Assembly (NCBI GenBank): GCA_949948735.1
Contig: CATLGV010000015.1
Location: 17,025 to 81,024 of the forward strand
Direction: 5' to 3'
DNA from: an uncultured Lachnospiraceae bacterium
GTDB lineage: Bacteria > Bacillota > Clostridia > Lachnospirales > Lachnospiraceae
Length of the DNA: 64,000 bases
In this document: in pieces, positions 48,145-58,369 of the stretch
Numbering within the stretch: the first letter of the stretch is position 1
How the letters are laid out: the number at the start of each line of letters is the position of its first letter
Translations under genes and position numbers: made by a program
Notes under the pieces: generated by a model
What the model saw: only the letters and a program-made list of their open reading frames with translations
Told to the model about the DNA's origin: nothing
The model's database searches: none

Positions 48145-49590
48145 ATGCATAATGAATTTGATTTAGATAAAATAAATTTAGCTTCAGCGCCCCCTACAGA
48201 GGAGCCGGCCAGGCAGTATTATTTTATGGCAAAGGCAAGGAAGCTGGTGGGAGAACTGTGTAAAAAGGCCGGACGCCCTATGACTGCGTGCGGCATAACT
48301 TTTGGCTGTCAGATGAACGCCAAGGACAGCGAGAAGCTGCTGGGGATTTTGGAGCGCATCGGGTTTACGGTGATTGAGGATGAGTCCGCGGACTTTGTGT
48401 TTTATAATACCTGTACTGTGCGTGATAACGCAAATCAACGCGTGTACGGGCGGCTTGGCTTCGTACACAGCATGAAGAAAAAGCATCCCGATAAGCGGGT
48501 CGCGCTCTGCGGCTGTATGATGCAGGAGCCTTCGGTTATAGAGAAGATTAAGAAGAGCTATTCCTTTGTGGATCTGATATTCGGTACGCACAATATTTAT
48601 AAGTTTGCAGAGCTGCTGGTTACAATGTACGATTCGGATCGTATGGTGATTGATATCTGGGAGAATGCGGACCAAATCGTGGAGGATTTGCCGGCACAAC
48701 GCAAGTATTCCTTCAAATCGGGCGTAAACATTATGTACGGATGCAATAATTTTTGCAGTTATTGCATTGTCCCCTATGTCCGCGGCCGGGAGCGCAGCAG
48801 GAATCCCAGGGATATTATCCGGGAAATCGAACAGCTTGCGGCAGAAGGCGTTGTGGAGGTGATGCTCCTGGGGCAGAATGTCAATTCTTACGGCAAAAAC
48901 CTTGAGGAGCCGATAAGCTTTGCACAGCTTCTGCGGGAGGTGGAAAAAATTGAAGGGATTGAACGTATCCGCTTTATGACCTCGCATCCCAAGGATTTGT
49001 CGGACGAGCTGATTGCGGTGATGAAGCAGTCCTCAAAAATCTGCCGTCATCTGCATCTGCCGCTGCAGTCCGGATCGACAAGAATACTGGAGGCGATGAA
49101 CCGTCGCTATACCAAGGAGCAGTATCTTGCGCTTGCGAACAAAATCAGGCGGGAGATACCCGATATTGCCCTCACAACGGATATTATAGTGGGGTTCCCG
49201 GGAGAGACTGCCGCGGACATTGAGGAAACAATCGACGTTGTCAGAGAGGTTGCGTATGACAACGCGTTTACTTTTATTTATTCCCCGAGAACGGGAACGC
49301 CGGCGGCCGCCATGCCCAATCCCACGAGTGACGAGGAGATCAGGGCAGGCTTTGACAGGCTTCTGAAGGTAGTTCAGGAGACGGCAAAAAGCCGCGTCGG
49401 CAGGCTGCAGGGGGAGGTACACCGTGTGCTGGTTGAGGAAATCAACGAGCATGATGACACGCTTGTCACCGGGCGGCTTTCCAACAACACGCTGGTGCAT
49501 TTTCCGGGGGATGCGTCGCTGATCGGAAAGCTTGTACCTGTAAAGCTGACACAGGCGCAGGGCTTTTATTATATCGGGGAAATGGTGTAG
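48145..49590 (+). CDS. miaB: tRNA-2-methylthio-N6-dimethylallyladenosine synthase
   Basis: TFGCQMN, NTCTVR, GCNNFCSYC, C-terminal TRAM domain. Confidence 0.97.
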   Translation: MHNEFDLDKINLASAPPTEEPARQYYFMAKARKLVGELCKKAGRPMTACGITFGCQMNAKDSEKLLGILERIGFTVIEDESADFVFYNTCTVRDNANQRVYGRLGFVHSMKKKHPDKRVALCGCMMQEPSVIEKIKKSYSFVDLIFGTHNIYKFAELLVTMYDSDRMVIDIWENADQIVEDLPAQRKYSFKSGVNIMYGCNNFCSYCIVPYVRGRERSRNPRDIIREIEQLAAEGVVEVMLLGQNVNSYGKNLEEPISFAQLLREVEKIEGIERIRFMTSHPKDLSDELIAVMKQSSKICRHLHLPLQSGSTRILEAMNRRYTKEQYLALANKIRREIPDIALTTDIIVGFPGETAADIEETIDVVREVAYDNAFTFIYSPRTGTPAAAMPNPTSDEEIRAGFDRLLKVVQETAKSRVGRLQGEVHRVLVEEINEHDDTLVTGRLSNNTLVHFPGDASLIGKLVPVKLTQAQGFYYIGEMV

Positions 49591-49652
49591 CAGCGTAAAT
49601 TGCAGGAATTATTGCAGAAAGCATGACAATACAGAAGAAACGGAGAAAATAT

Positions 49653-52298
49653 ATGGCTGGTTTGACGCCGATGATGCAGCAGTACGTGGAAACAAAAAAG
49701 AAATACGGGGACTGCATCCTGTTTTACCGACTCGGTGACTTTTATGAAATGTTCTTTGAGGACGCGAAGCTGGCGTCAAAGGAGCTGGAGCTGACGCTCA
49801 CCGGAAAGGACTGCGGGCTTAAGGAGCGCGCGCCGATGTGCGGCGTCCCGTATCATGCGCTGGACGGGTATCTGACAAAGCTGGTTTCCAAGGGCTATAA
49901 GGTTGCAATCTGTGAGCAGGTGGAGGATCCCCGAGAGGCGAAGGGGCTTGTAAAGCGCGAGGTTACGCGGATTGTTACCCCTGGCACCAACCTGAATATG
50001 CAGGCGCTGGAGGAATCGAAGAACAATTATCTGATGTGTATCGCATATTTTCAGAATAAAATCGGCGTTTCCGTCGCGGACGTCACCACCGGCGATTTCT
50101 ATATGACTGAGGTGGAGGGGCTGTCCAAGCTGACGGATGAGATTTATAAATATATGCCTTCAGAAATTATATGCAACGATGCGTTTTTGATGAGCGGGTA
50201 TGAGCTGGACGAGCTCAAAGGACGGTTCCAGATAGCGGTGTATCCGCTGGAGCCCTGGTATTTTGACGACGACGGGTGTAAGAAATGCCTGATGGGACAC
50301 TTTAAAGTCAACACGCTTGCGGGGCTTGGCCTTGAGGATTTTCCTTCGGGCATTATCTCGGCAGGAGCCGCGATGCAGTATTTGCTCGAGACACAAAAGA
50401 CACCGCTGTCACATATCACCCATATTACGCCGTATCTTGCAAGCCGTTTTATGCTGCTTGACAGCGCTACGCGCAGGAATCTGGAGCTGACGGAGACCCT
50501 TCGGGAAAAGCAGAAGAGAGGCTCCCTGCTGTGGGTGCTCGACAAGACAAAGACGGCTATGGGCGCGCGTCAGCTGCGCGGCGATATTGAGCAGCCGCTT
50601 GTAAATATGGCCGAAATCAACGATCGTCTGGATACAATCGAGCAGCTTGGCCGGCACACGGTGTCTAGAGATGAGCTTCGGGAGTACCTTAATCCGATTT
50701 ACGATATGGAGCGCCTGCTGGGCAAGGTCAGCTACAAGACCGCGAATCCAAGGGATTTGACGGCGTTTGCCAATTCCATGGAGATGCTGCCGCACATCAA
50801 GGTTGTTCTGAAGGATATGGACGCAAAGCTCTTAAAGGAAATTGACGAGCAGATTGACGGGCTTGAGGACTTGTATCAAATGATAAAGGGCGCCATCTGC
50901 GACGAGCCGCCGATACAGATTCGGGAGGGCGGTATTATTCGGGAAGGCTATGACGCCGATATTGACCGGCTGCGGACCGCGAAGACGGAGGGGAAGAACT
51001 GGCTTGCGAAGCTGGAGGAGGAGGACCGGGCGCGGACCGGTATCAAGAACCTGAAGATTAAGTACAATAAGGTGTTTGGCTACTATTTTGAAGTCACCAA
51101 TTCCTTTAAAAACATGGTTCCTGACGATTATGTCAGAAAACAGACGCTGGTGGGCTCTGAGCGTTATATGACGCCCAAGCTCAAGGAGCTTGAGGACACG
51201 ATACTAAACGCGGAGGATAAGCTCAATACGCTGGAGTATGACCTGTTCTGCAAAATCAGGGATACCATCGCGCAGCAGCTTGAACGGATACAGCGCACGG
51301 CCAAGGCCATAGCCCGCCTGGACGTGTTTGCCGCGCTTTCGGTGGTTGCGGAGCAAAATCATTATGTCCGGCCCGCATTGAACGAAAAGGGTATTATCGA
51401 TATTAAGGAGGGCCGTCATCCCGTCGTTGAGAAGATGATCGACCATGACATGTTTGTCGCAAACGATACCTACCTGAACAACAATCATCACTGTATCGCG
51501 GTGATTACGGGGCCGAATATGGCCGGAAAGTCTACCTATATGCGGCAGTCCGCCCTGATTGTGCTGATGGCGCAGCTTGGCAGCTTTGTCCCGGCCAAAA
51601 GCGCGAACATCGGCATTGTCGACCGGATATTTACCCGCGTAGGGGCGTCGGATGATCTTGCAAGCGGCCAGAGCACCTTTATGGTGGAAATGAACGAGGT
51701 CGCCAATATTCTCCGCAACGCGACGTCCAAAAGCCTCCTGGTGCTGGATGAAATCGGACGCGGCACGTCAACCTTTGACGGGCTCAGCATCGCGTGGGCG
51801 GTTATCGAGCATATCAGCAACAAAAAGATACTCGGCGCCAAGACGCTGTTTGCGACGCATTACCATGAGCTGACAGAGCTTGAGGGCAAGATGAACAATG
51901 TAAACAATTACTGCATTGCGGTCAAAGAAAAGGGCGACGACATTGTTTTTCTGCGTAAGATTATCAAGGGCGGCGCGGACAGAAGCTACGGCATACAGGT
52001 AGCGAAGCTTGCGGGCGTACCGGACATGGTCATCGACAGGGCCAAGGAGATCGCCGAACAGCTCAGCGATAACGATATTACGGAAAAGGTGCAGAGCATC
52101 GCGGTCGATACAAAGGGCGAAAAGAAAAAGGCGAAGCACTACGACGATGTGGACCTGGGACAGATGTCTTTGTTTGACACGGTCAAGGACGAGGACATTG
52201 TCAATGAGCTGAAGGAAATCGACATTTCCAATCTGACGCCGCTGGATGCGCTCAATACCCTGTACCGGCTGCAGAATAAGCTGAAGAACCGGTGGTAA
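49653..52298 (+). CDS. mutS: DNA mismatch repair protein MutS
   Basis: TPMMQQY, GDFYEMF, TGPNMAGKST, DEIGRGTST, ATHY. Confidence 0.98.
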   Translation: MAGLTPMMQQYVETKKKYGDCILFYRLGDFYEMFFEDAKLASKELELTLTGKDCGLKERAPMCGVPYHALDGYLTKLVSKGYKVAICEQVEDPREAKGLVKREVTRIVTPGTNLNMQALEESKNNYLMCIAYFQNKIGVSVADVTTGDFYMTEVEGLSKLTDEIYKYMPSEIICNDAFLMSGYELDELKGRFQIAVYPLEPWYFDDDGCKKCLMGHFKVNTLAGLGLEDFPSGIISAGAAMQYLLETQKTPLSHITHITPYLASRFMLLDSATRRNLELTETLREKQKRGSLLWVLDKTKTAMGARQLRGDIEQPLVNMAEINDRLDTIEQLGRHTVSRDELREYLNPIYDMERLLGKVSYKTANPRDLTAFANSMEMLPHIKVVLKDMDAKLLKEIDEQIDGLEDLYQMIKGAICDEPPIQIREGGIIREGYDADIDRLRTAKTEGKNWLAKLEEEDRARTGIKNLKIKYNKVFGYYFEVTNSFKNMVPDDYVRKQTLVGSERYMTPKLKELEDTILNAEDKLNTLEYDLFCKIRDTIAQQLERIQRTAKAIARLDVFAALSVVAEQNHYVRPALNEKGIIDIKEGRHPVVEKMIDHDMFVANDTYLNNNHHCIAVITGPNMAGKSTYMRQSALIVLMAQLGSFVPAKSANIGIVDRIFTRVGASDDLASGQSTFMVEMNEVANILRNATSKSLLVLDEIGRGTSTFDGLSIAWAVIEHISNKKILGAKTLFATHYHELTELEGKMNNVNNYCIAVKEKGDDIVFLRKIIKGGADRSYGIQVAKLAGVPDMVIDRAKEIAEQLSDNDITEKVQSIAVDTKGEKKKAKHYDDVDLGQMSLFDTVKDEDIVNELKEIDISNLTPLDALNTLYRLQNKLKNRW

Positions 52299-52376
52299 AA
52301 AAACTAAGCACTTTCTAAAGGCATAAAAAACATGCCTAAGAAGTGCTAAGTTTTTAGCAGAACGCCGGAGGCGTTC
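52299..52376. repeat. Double stem-loop (terminator plus REP/MITE-like hairpin) after mutS
   Basis: AAAAACTAAGCACTTTCTAAAGGCAT...ATGCCTAAGAAGTGCTAAGTTTTT followed by GAACGCC-GGA-GGCGTTC. Confidence 0.65.
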
Positions 52377-52419
52377 TTCGCACGGATAACAAACAGTTGT
52401 AAATAAAAGGGGAGCGGCA

Positions 52420-52674
52420 ATGAACGATCTTATCAAAAATATTGACAGGCTTCATACAACGGAAATGGGGGTAACCCGGATCAAGAAAAACCTTTCCATA
52501 GATACAGATGACGTTGTTGCGTGGTGCAGGATGAGGATACTGGATGAGGCGGCGGTCATTGAAAGAAGAGGAAAGAACTGGTATATTTCTTTCAATGATG
52601 ATACGCTTCATTTTGCGGGTATCATCACCGTAAACGCGCACAGCTATACTGTGATTACGGCGCACCGGGTGTAA
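52420..52674 (+). CDS. DUF3781 family protein
   Basis: LHTTEMG..RIKKNL...RRGKNWY...ITVNAHSYTVITAH. Confidence 0.8.
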   Translation: MNDLIKNIDRLHTTEMGVTRIKKNLSIDTDDVVAWCRMRILDEAAVIERRGKNWYISFNDDTLHFAGIITVNAHSYTVITAHRV

Positions 52675-52763
52675 GCCTGGGTTAGGGCCTCCGGCGCGGG
52701 AAACGCTTTAATCGGCGTTTCCTTAAATATATAATTCTGGAAAATTTGGAGAGGTAAAGGTAT

Positions 52764-52892
52764 ATGATTTTCAAATATTGTGCGGAATGTGGTAATAAAC
52801 TGGAAGATATTCGATGTGGTGACGATAATTGCAGGATTTGTCCAAGCTTGAGGCGCAGTGAAAAAAGAGCGGGTTTAGATACGGAGAAGTAA
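52764..52892 (+). pseudogene. 5' stub of NudC-like zinc-ribbon NUDIX gene (42 aa)
   Basis: GAGG RBS; MIFKYCAECGNKL...CRICPS then loses similarity and stops before any NUDIX box. Confidence 0.55.
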
Positions 52893-52896
52893 AACT

Positions 52897-53958
52897 ATGA
52901 AAAAAGCGAAAATAACGAAAAGAATACTGCTTGGGATGGCGGCTGTAATGATAGCCTTTGCCGGCATCCTGTGTTTTATGTACAGGCACGAATTAAAGAC
53001 GCTCGGTACCCTGAAAGAGAAGAGCGCCGGCGTATATACCATGACGTATGACGGAGATTATGGATTTGATGAATTTTTGGAGACGGGTGCAGCCAGTGAC
53101 GCGGATATAGAGGCTTTTGTCACAAAAAGATTACTGAAGGGGCTCCCGATTTCGCTCAATGTAAGCGGCGCCGGCTGTACTGCCTTTGTTTCCCAAAATG
53201 AAGAAGGGGATGTAATCTACGCGAGAAATTTTGATTTCCTTTACGCGCCGTTTTTACAGATATTTACGGAGCCGGACAACGGTTACGCTTCTGTTTCTAC
53301 GGTAAATCTTTCTTTTGCCGGATATGGAGAGGACAACCTTCCGTCATCGGGAATATCGTTTCGGAATTTTCTGACTTTGGCGGCGCCGTACCTGCCCTTT
53401 GACGGCATGAATGAAAAAGGGGTATGTATTGCGCTTCTGGCAGTTCCGGAGGTTCAGATGACGGACGATCCCGAGAAGATCACGTTGAATACAACGACAG
53501 CCATTCGTCTTGTTCTCGATAAAGCGGCTTCGGTCGATGAGGCTGTAGAATTGCTAAGGGGATATAATATTTATTTTTCAGGGGATGTTACATGCCATTT
53601 CTTAATCGCGGATGCAACGGGTAAATCGGTAATTGTGGAGTACTACGACGGCGGACTGCAGGTTGTTGAAGCGGATACAGATTATCAGATTGCGTCAAAT
53701 TTTGTTGCGTATCACGGATTAAATATCGGAGAGGGTTATACGGAATTTGAGCGTTATTATGCGGTAGAGGAAGTCTTACGGAATAATAATGTCGTTACCA
53801 TGGCCGAATGTGAGAAGCTCTTGAATACAATAGGCGTATATGACGGCGAAACGGATAAGCTTCAATGGTCGGTGGTGTATAATCTCACAGACAAAACGGG
53901 AAGAATATGGCCGCATAGAGATATTGGCGAAGCATGGGATTTTACTGTTTGGCAGTAG
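52897..53958 (+). CDS. Membrane-anchored Ntn hydrolase (linear amide C-N hydrolase / choloylglycine hydrolase-like)
   Basis: N-terminal TM helix; internal G|CTAF nucleophile; ARNFDF; DGMNEKG; HFLIAD; WSVVY. Confidence 0.85.
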   Translation: MKKAKITKRILLGMAAVMIAFAGILCFMYRHELKTLGTLKEKSAGVYTMTYDGDYGFDEFLETGAASDADIEAFVTKRLLKGLPISLNVSGAGCTAFVSQNEEGDVIYARNFDFLYAPFLQIFTEPDNGYASVSTVNLSFAGYGEDNLPSSGISFRNFLTLAAPYLPFDGMNEKGVCIALLAVPEVQMTDDPEKITLNTTTAIRLVLDKAASVDEAVELLRGYNIYFSGDVTCHFLIADATGKSVIVEYYDGGLQVVEADTDYQIASNFVAYHGLNIGEGYTEFERYYAVEEVLRNNNVVTMAECEKLLNTIGVYDGETDKLQWSVVYNLTDKTGRIWPHRDIGEAWDFTVWQ

Positions 53959-54027
53959 CAATCCCCATCCAAATATACTATAATAGGGATTGAAAACGGA
54001 ATTTTCAGGAAGGAGCGCACAGGTTAT

Positions 54028-55992
54028 ATGGCGGCAATACATATACTGGATGACAGCACCATAGACAAAATTGCGGCAGGCGAGGTCGTAGAGCGTCCCG
54101 CAAGCGTGGTAAAGGAGCTTGTCGAGAACGCCATGGACGCAGGGGCAAAAGCGGTTACCGTAGAAATCAAAGAAGGCGGTATCGAGTTTATCCGCGTGAC
54201 GGACGACGGCAGTGGTATCGAGAAGGAGCAGGTAAAGAATGCGTTCCTGCGGCATGCGACAAGCAAAATCCATACGGTGTCTGATTTGATGAGCCTGCAG
54301 AGCATGGGGTTCCGCGGCGAGGCGCTTTCCAGCATAGCGGCGGTGGCAAAGGTGGAGCTGGTGACGAAGACCAAAGACGCCCTGACGGGGATCCGCTGCT
54401 GTCTGGAGGGCGCTAAGGAAACGGAGTTCGAGGAGGTCGGCGCGCCGGAGGGGACGACCCTGATTGTGCGCAATCTGTTCTTCAATACGCCTGTCCGGAG
54501 GAAGTTTTTGAAGACCGCGATGACGGAGGGCAGCTATATCACGGATTTGCTGGAGCATATGGCGCTGTCTCATCCGGATATCTCGTTCAAATACGTGATC
54601 AACGGTCAGACCAAATTTTTCACGAACGGCGACGGAGACCTGAGGGCGATTATCTACCGTATTTTCGGGAGGGACATTGCCAGCGAGATGTTGGCCTTTG
54701 AGGCGGTTGACGAGGACATCGCGCTGGAGGGCTTTCTGGGGAAGCCGGCTATAAACCGTGCAAACAGGAATTTCGAAAACTATTTTGTCAACGGACGTTA
54801 TATTAAGAGCAAAGTAATCTCAAAGGCAATCGAGGAGGGCTATCAGTCCTATATGATGCAGCATCGGTATCCGTTTTGTGTACTGCACATTACAATACCG
54901 CCCGAAAGCGTCGATGTGAACGTGCATCCGACGAAGATGGAGGTGCGTTTTGCCAATCAAAATGTGATTTTTAAACAGATTGCAGAGCATATTTCCGATT
55001 TCCTGGCACAGCAGGAGATGATTCCGGACGTGTCGCCCACGGAGGAGAAGAGATCAAAAAAGACTGCGGAGGCTCCGAAAATAGAAGCGCCGGAGCCCTT
55101 TGAGCGGGAGCGGAAGCTCTTCCGGGAGGAAAGCGGATACGGCAGCGGCCAAAAGGGCGGTTCGATGTTTCAGGACGGTTTTTTTGTCGACAACCGTACC
55201 ACGCAGACCGTAAAAAGTCCGTATACCTCGGCCGGCGCATTGCCGCCGCCGAATCTTGTAAGGCCTGCGGCAGCGCCGGGAAATAAAATCATCGGACGGG
55301 AGCCGGCGCCGGAGCCGGTTTCCGGCAGCATTATCAAGGCAAAAGACCAGATTATTGTTGAAAAGCCGGAGCAGCTTAATTTCTTTGACGAGAAGATACT
55401 GACAAAAGAGGCCAGGCAGGAATACCAAATCATCGGTCAGGTTTTTGATACCTACTGGATTATTGAGTACCGTGATAAAATGCTGCTGATTGACCAGCAT
55501 GCGGCGCATGAAAAAGTGAAATATGAGCAAATCCTGAAAAAGGTTCAGGAAAACGCGATTTTTACGCAGACACTGACGCCGCCGGTCGTTATAAACGTTA
55601 CGCCAAAGGAGGCCGGGCTGATACAGGAGTACGGGAAGTACTTTGAAGAGCTGGGCTTTGCCATCGAGGACTTCGGTATGAACGCATATGCCGTCCGCGG
55701 CGTGCCCCTTGATTTGTTCAGCTATCCGGTCAGGGAGCTGTTTGAAGAAATACTGACACAGATGTCGGAAACACCGGTAAAAGGCGTCCCGGCCATTATC
55801 CGGGAGAAGATTGCTTCCATGGCCTGCAAGGCGGCCGTCAAGGGTAATCATGCGCTTAGCCGCGAGGAGGCAGACGCCCTGATAGAGCAGCTCTTAGCGC
55901 TTGACAACCCCTACAACTGTCCGCATGGCAGACCGACGATTATTGCAATGTCCAAATACGAGATCGAAAAAAAATTCAAGCGCATTGTCTGA
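54028..55992 (+). CDS. mutL: DNA mismatch repair endonuclease MutL
   Basis: IAAGEVVERP, GFRGEAL, DVNVHPTK, DQHAAHEK, CPHGRP. Confidence 0.98.
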   Translation: MAAIHILDDSTIDKIAAGEVVERPASVVKELVENAMDAGAKAVTVEIKEGGIEFIRVTDDGSGIEKEQVKNAFLRHATSKIHTVSDLMSLQSMGFRGEALSSIAAVAKVELVTKTKDALTGIRCCLEGAKETEFEEVGAPEGTTLIVRNLFFNTPVRRKFLKTAMTEGSYITDLLEHMALSHPDISFKYVINGQTKFFTNGDGDLRAIIYRIFGRDIASEMLAFEAVDEDIALEGFLGKPAINRANRNFENYFVNGRYIKSKVISKAIEEGYQSYMMQHRYPFCVLHITIPPESVDVNVHPTKMEVRFANQNVIFKQIAEHISDFLAQQEMIPDVSPTEEKRSKKTAEAPKIEAPEPFERERKLFREESGYGSGQKGGSMFQDGFFVDNRTTQTVKSPYTSAGALPPPNLVRPAAAPGNKIIGREPAPEPVSGSIIKAKDQIIVEKPEQLNFFDEKILTKEARQEYQIIGQVFDTYWIIEYRDKMLLIDQHAAHEKVKYEQILKKVQENAIFTQTLTPPVVINVTPKEAGLIQEYGKYFEELGFAIEDFGMNAYAVRGVPLDLFSYPVRELFEEILTQMSETPVKGVPAIIREKIASMACKAAVKGNHALSREEADALIEQLLALDNPYNCPHGRPTIIAMSKYEIEKKFKRIV

Positions 55993-56016
55993 AGCGCGGC
56001 GGGGCAGGGAGGCGTT

Positions 56017-56985
56017 ATGAAGCAGCCATTGATAATACTGACGGGGCCTACGGCAGTGGGAAAGACCAGACTTTCCATTGCGCTGGCAAAGGCCGTAAAC
56101 GGCGAAATCATTTCTGCGGATTCCATGCAGGTTTACAGGCATATGGACATCGGCTCGGCGAAGGTGCGTCCGGAGGAGACCGAGGGTATCCGCCATTATC
56201 TGATTGATGTGCTGGAGCCTACGCAGGACTTTAATATCGTTTTGTTTCAGCAGCATGCCAGGGCGGCCGTCAAGGAGATTTACGGCAGAGGAAAAATCCC
56301 CATTCTGGCGGGCGGAACCGGCTTCTACATCCAGTCCGTGCTGTATGACATTGATTTTAGTGAGAGTGCGGAGGATACGGCGCTGCGGGCGGAGCTTGAA
56401 GCGTTTGCGCGCGAAAACGGCGCGGATGCGCTCTACGGGATACTAAAAGAATGCGATCCGAAGGCCGCCGCTGCCATTCACGCCAACAACATCAAGCGGG
56501 TAATCCGCGCGATAGAGTTTTACCGCCAGACCGGAAAGCGGATATCGGAGCACAATGCGCTGGAGCGGGAAAAGCCGTCCGCATACGACGCGCGATATTT
56601 TGTCCTTACGGACGTGCGTGCGCGCATTTATGAGAATATTGACGCGCGTGTCGATCAAATGATGGCAGACGGGCTTGTCGATGAGGTAAAGAAGCTGGCC
56701 GGCATGGGATGTAAGCGTGATTCCACGGCGATGCAGGGGCTTGGATACAAGGAAATCATGGACTATCTGTCCGGCGATATTTCGCTGGAGGAGGCAGTTT
56801 ACCGAATCAAGCGCGATACCCGGCATTTTGCCAAAAGGCAGCTAACCTGGTTTCGACGGGAACGGGACGTGATTTGGATAGAAAAAGACAAATTTGCATA
56901 TGATGACGAAGAAATGTTAAACTATATGATAAAAAGGATTGGCTTTACAGAGGAGTACAGCGAAGATGACAAATACAGCAGATGA
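56017..56985 (+). CDS. miaA: tRNA dimethylallyltransferase
   Basis: GPTAVGKT, DSMQVY, GGTGFY, AKRQLTW. Confidence 0.97.
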   Translation: MKQPLIILTGPTAVGKTRLSIALAKAVNGEIISADSMQVYRHMDIGSAKVRPEETEGIRHYLIDVLEPTQDFNIVLFQQHARAAVKEIYGRGKIPILAGGTGFYIQSVLYDIDFSESAEDTALRAELEAFARENGADALYGILKECDPKAAAAIHANNIKRVIRAIEFYRQTGKRISEHNALEREKPSAYDARYFVLTDVRARIYENIDARVDQMMADGLVDEVKKLAGMGCKRDSTAMQGLGYKEIMDYLSGDISLEEAVYRIKRDTRHFAKRQLTWFRRERDVIWIEKDKFAYDDEEMLNYMIKRIGFTEEYSEDDKYSR

Positions 56986-58261
56986 AGTAAAGGATATGTA
57001 TGCGCGGCTGGGAATTTCGGAGAAGGTGTATCGGTTTGGCCGGGAAATCTTAGACAGCCTGGAGCCGCGGTTTGCGCAGATTGATAAAACTGCCGAATAT
57101 AACCAGCTGAAGGTGCTTGGGGCGATGCAGGAGAACAAGGTCAGCGAGGCATGTCTTTTGGGAACTACCGGATATGGGTATAACGATCTTGGCCGGGAGA
57201 CGCTTGAAGCAGTGTACGCATCCGTTTTCCATACGGAGGACGCGCTGGTTCGGCCTCAGATTACCTGCGGTACACATGCGCTTGCGCTTGCGCTGATGAG
57301 CAACCTCCGGCCGGGAGACGAGCTGCTTTCCCCCGTCGGGAAGCCCTATGACACGCTGGAGGAGGTCATCGGAATCCGGCCGTCGAAGGGTTCTCTTGCG
57401 GAGTACGGCGTTACCTACCGGCAGGTTGACCTGCTTGCGGACGGCGGCTTTGACTATGAAGGGATTCAGGCGGCAATTCACGATAAAACAAGACTGGTCA
57501 CCATCCAGCGCTCTAAGGGCTACCAGACGCGCCCGACGCTGTCTGTTGCGCGAATCGGAGAGCTGATTTCCTTTATAAAAGGTATAAAGCCGGATATTAT
57601 CTGCATGGTCGATAATTGCTATGGTGAATTTGTGGAATGCACGGAGCCTTCCGAGGCAGGGGCGGATATGGTGGTCGGTTCGCTCATCAAGAATCCCGGA
57701 GGCGGGCTGGCGCCGATTGGCGGATATATCGCGGGGAAAAGGACTTGTGTTGAGAATGCCGCGTACCGGCTTACCTCACCGGGGCTTGGGAAAGAAGTAG
57801 GCGCTTCGCTCGGCATACTCAGGGATTTTTATCAGGGGCTGTTTCTTGCCCCGACCGTTACGGCCAGTGCCTTAAAAGGCGCTGTTTTTGCGGCGAATAT
57901 CTATGAAAAGCTGGGATTTCGGGTTGTACCCGACAGCGTTGAGACGCGCCATGACATTATACAGGCAGTGGAGTTTGGCACGCCGGAGGGCGTGACGGCA
58001 TTCTGCCGGGGCATTCAGGCGGCGGCGCCGGTGGACGGCTTTGTGACGCCTGAGCCGTGGGATATGCCGGGATATGACAGTCCGGTTATTATGGCGGCGG
58101 GGGCGTTTGTTTCCGGGTCTTCTATTGAGCTGAGTGCGGACGGGCCGATGAAGCCTCCCTATGCGGTGTACTTTCAGGGCGGCCTTACGTTTGAGCACGC
58201 CAGGTTCGGCATTATGAAAACCCTGCAAAACATAACGGATGCGGGAATTGTCGTTTTATAA
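56966..58261 (+). CDS. YnbB-like methionine gamma-lyase / aluminium-resistance family PLP enzyme
   Basis: TGYGYND.GR, GTHA, DNCYGEF, GSLIKNPGG; start uncertain. Confidence 0.92.
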   Translation: MTNTADEVKDMYARLGISEKVYRFGREILDSLEPRFAQIDKTAEYNQLKVLGAMQENKVSEACLLGTTGYGYNDLGRETLEAVYASVFHTEDALVRPQITCGTHALALALMSNLRPGDELLSPVGKPYDTLEEVIGIRPSKGSLAEYGVTYRQVDLLADGGFDYEGIQAAIHDKTRLVTIQRSKGYQTRPTLSVARIGELISFIKGIKPDIICMVDNCYGEFVECTEPSEAGADMVVGSLIKNPGGGLAPIGGYIAGKRTCVENAAYRLTSPGLGKEVGASLGILRDFYQGLFLAPTVTASALKGAVFAANIYEKLGFRVVPDSVETRHDIIQAVEFGTPEGVTAFCRGIQAAAPVDGFVTPEPWDMPGYDSPVIMAAGAFVSGSSIELSADGPMKPPYAVYFQGGLTFEHARFGIMKTLQNITDAGIVVL

Positions 58262-58369
58262 CCGAAAAAGCTGTCGAAAAAAAACTAATCTTTTTAGTGT
58301 ACAGACTCTTTTCCGTGTGGTAATATTACTATTGGACCATACTCAGAAAACAATACAGTATACCATTAT

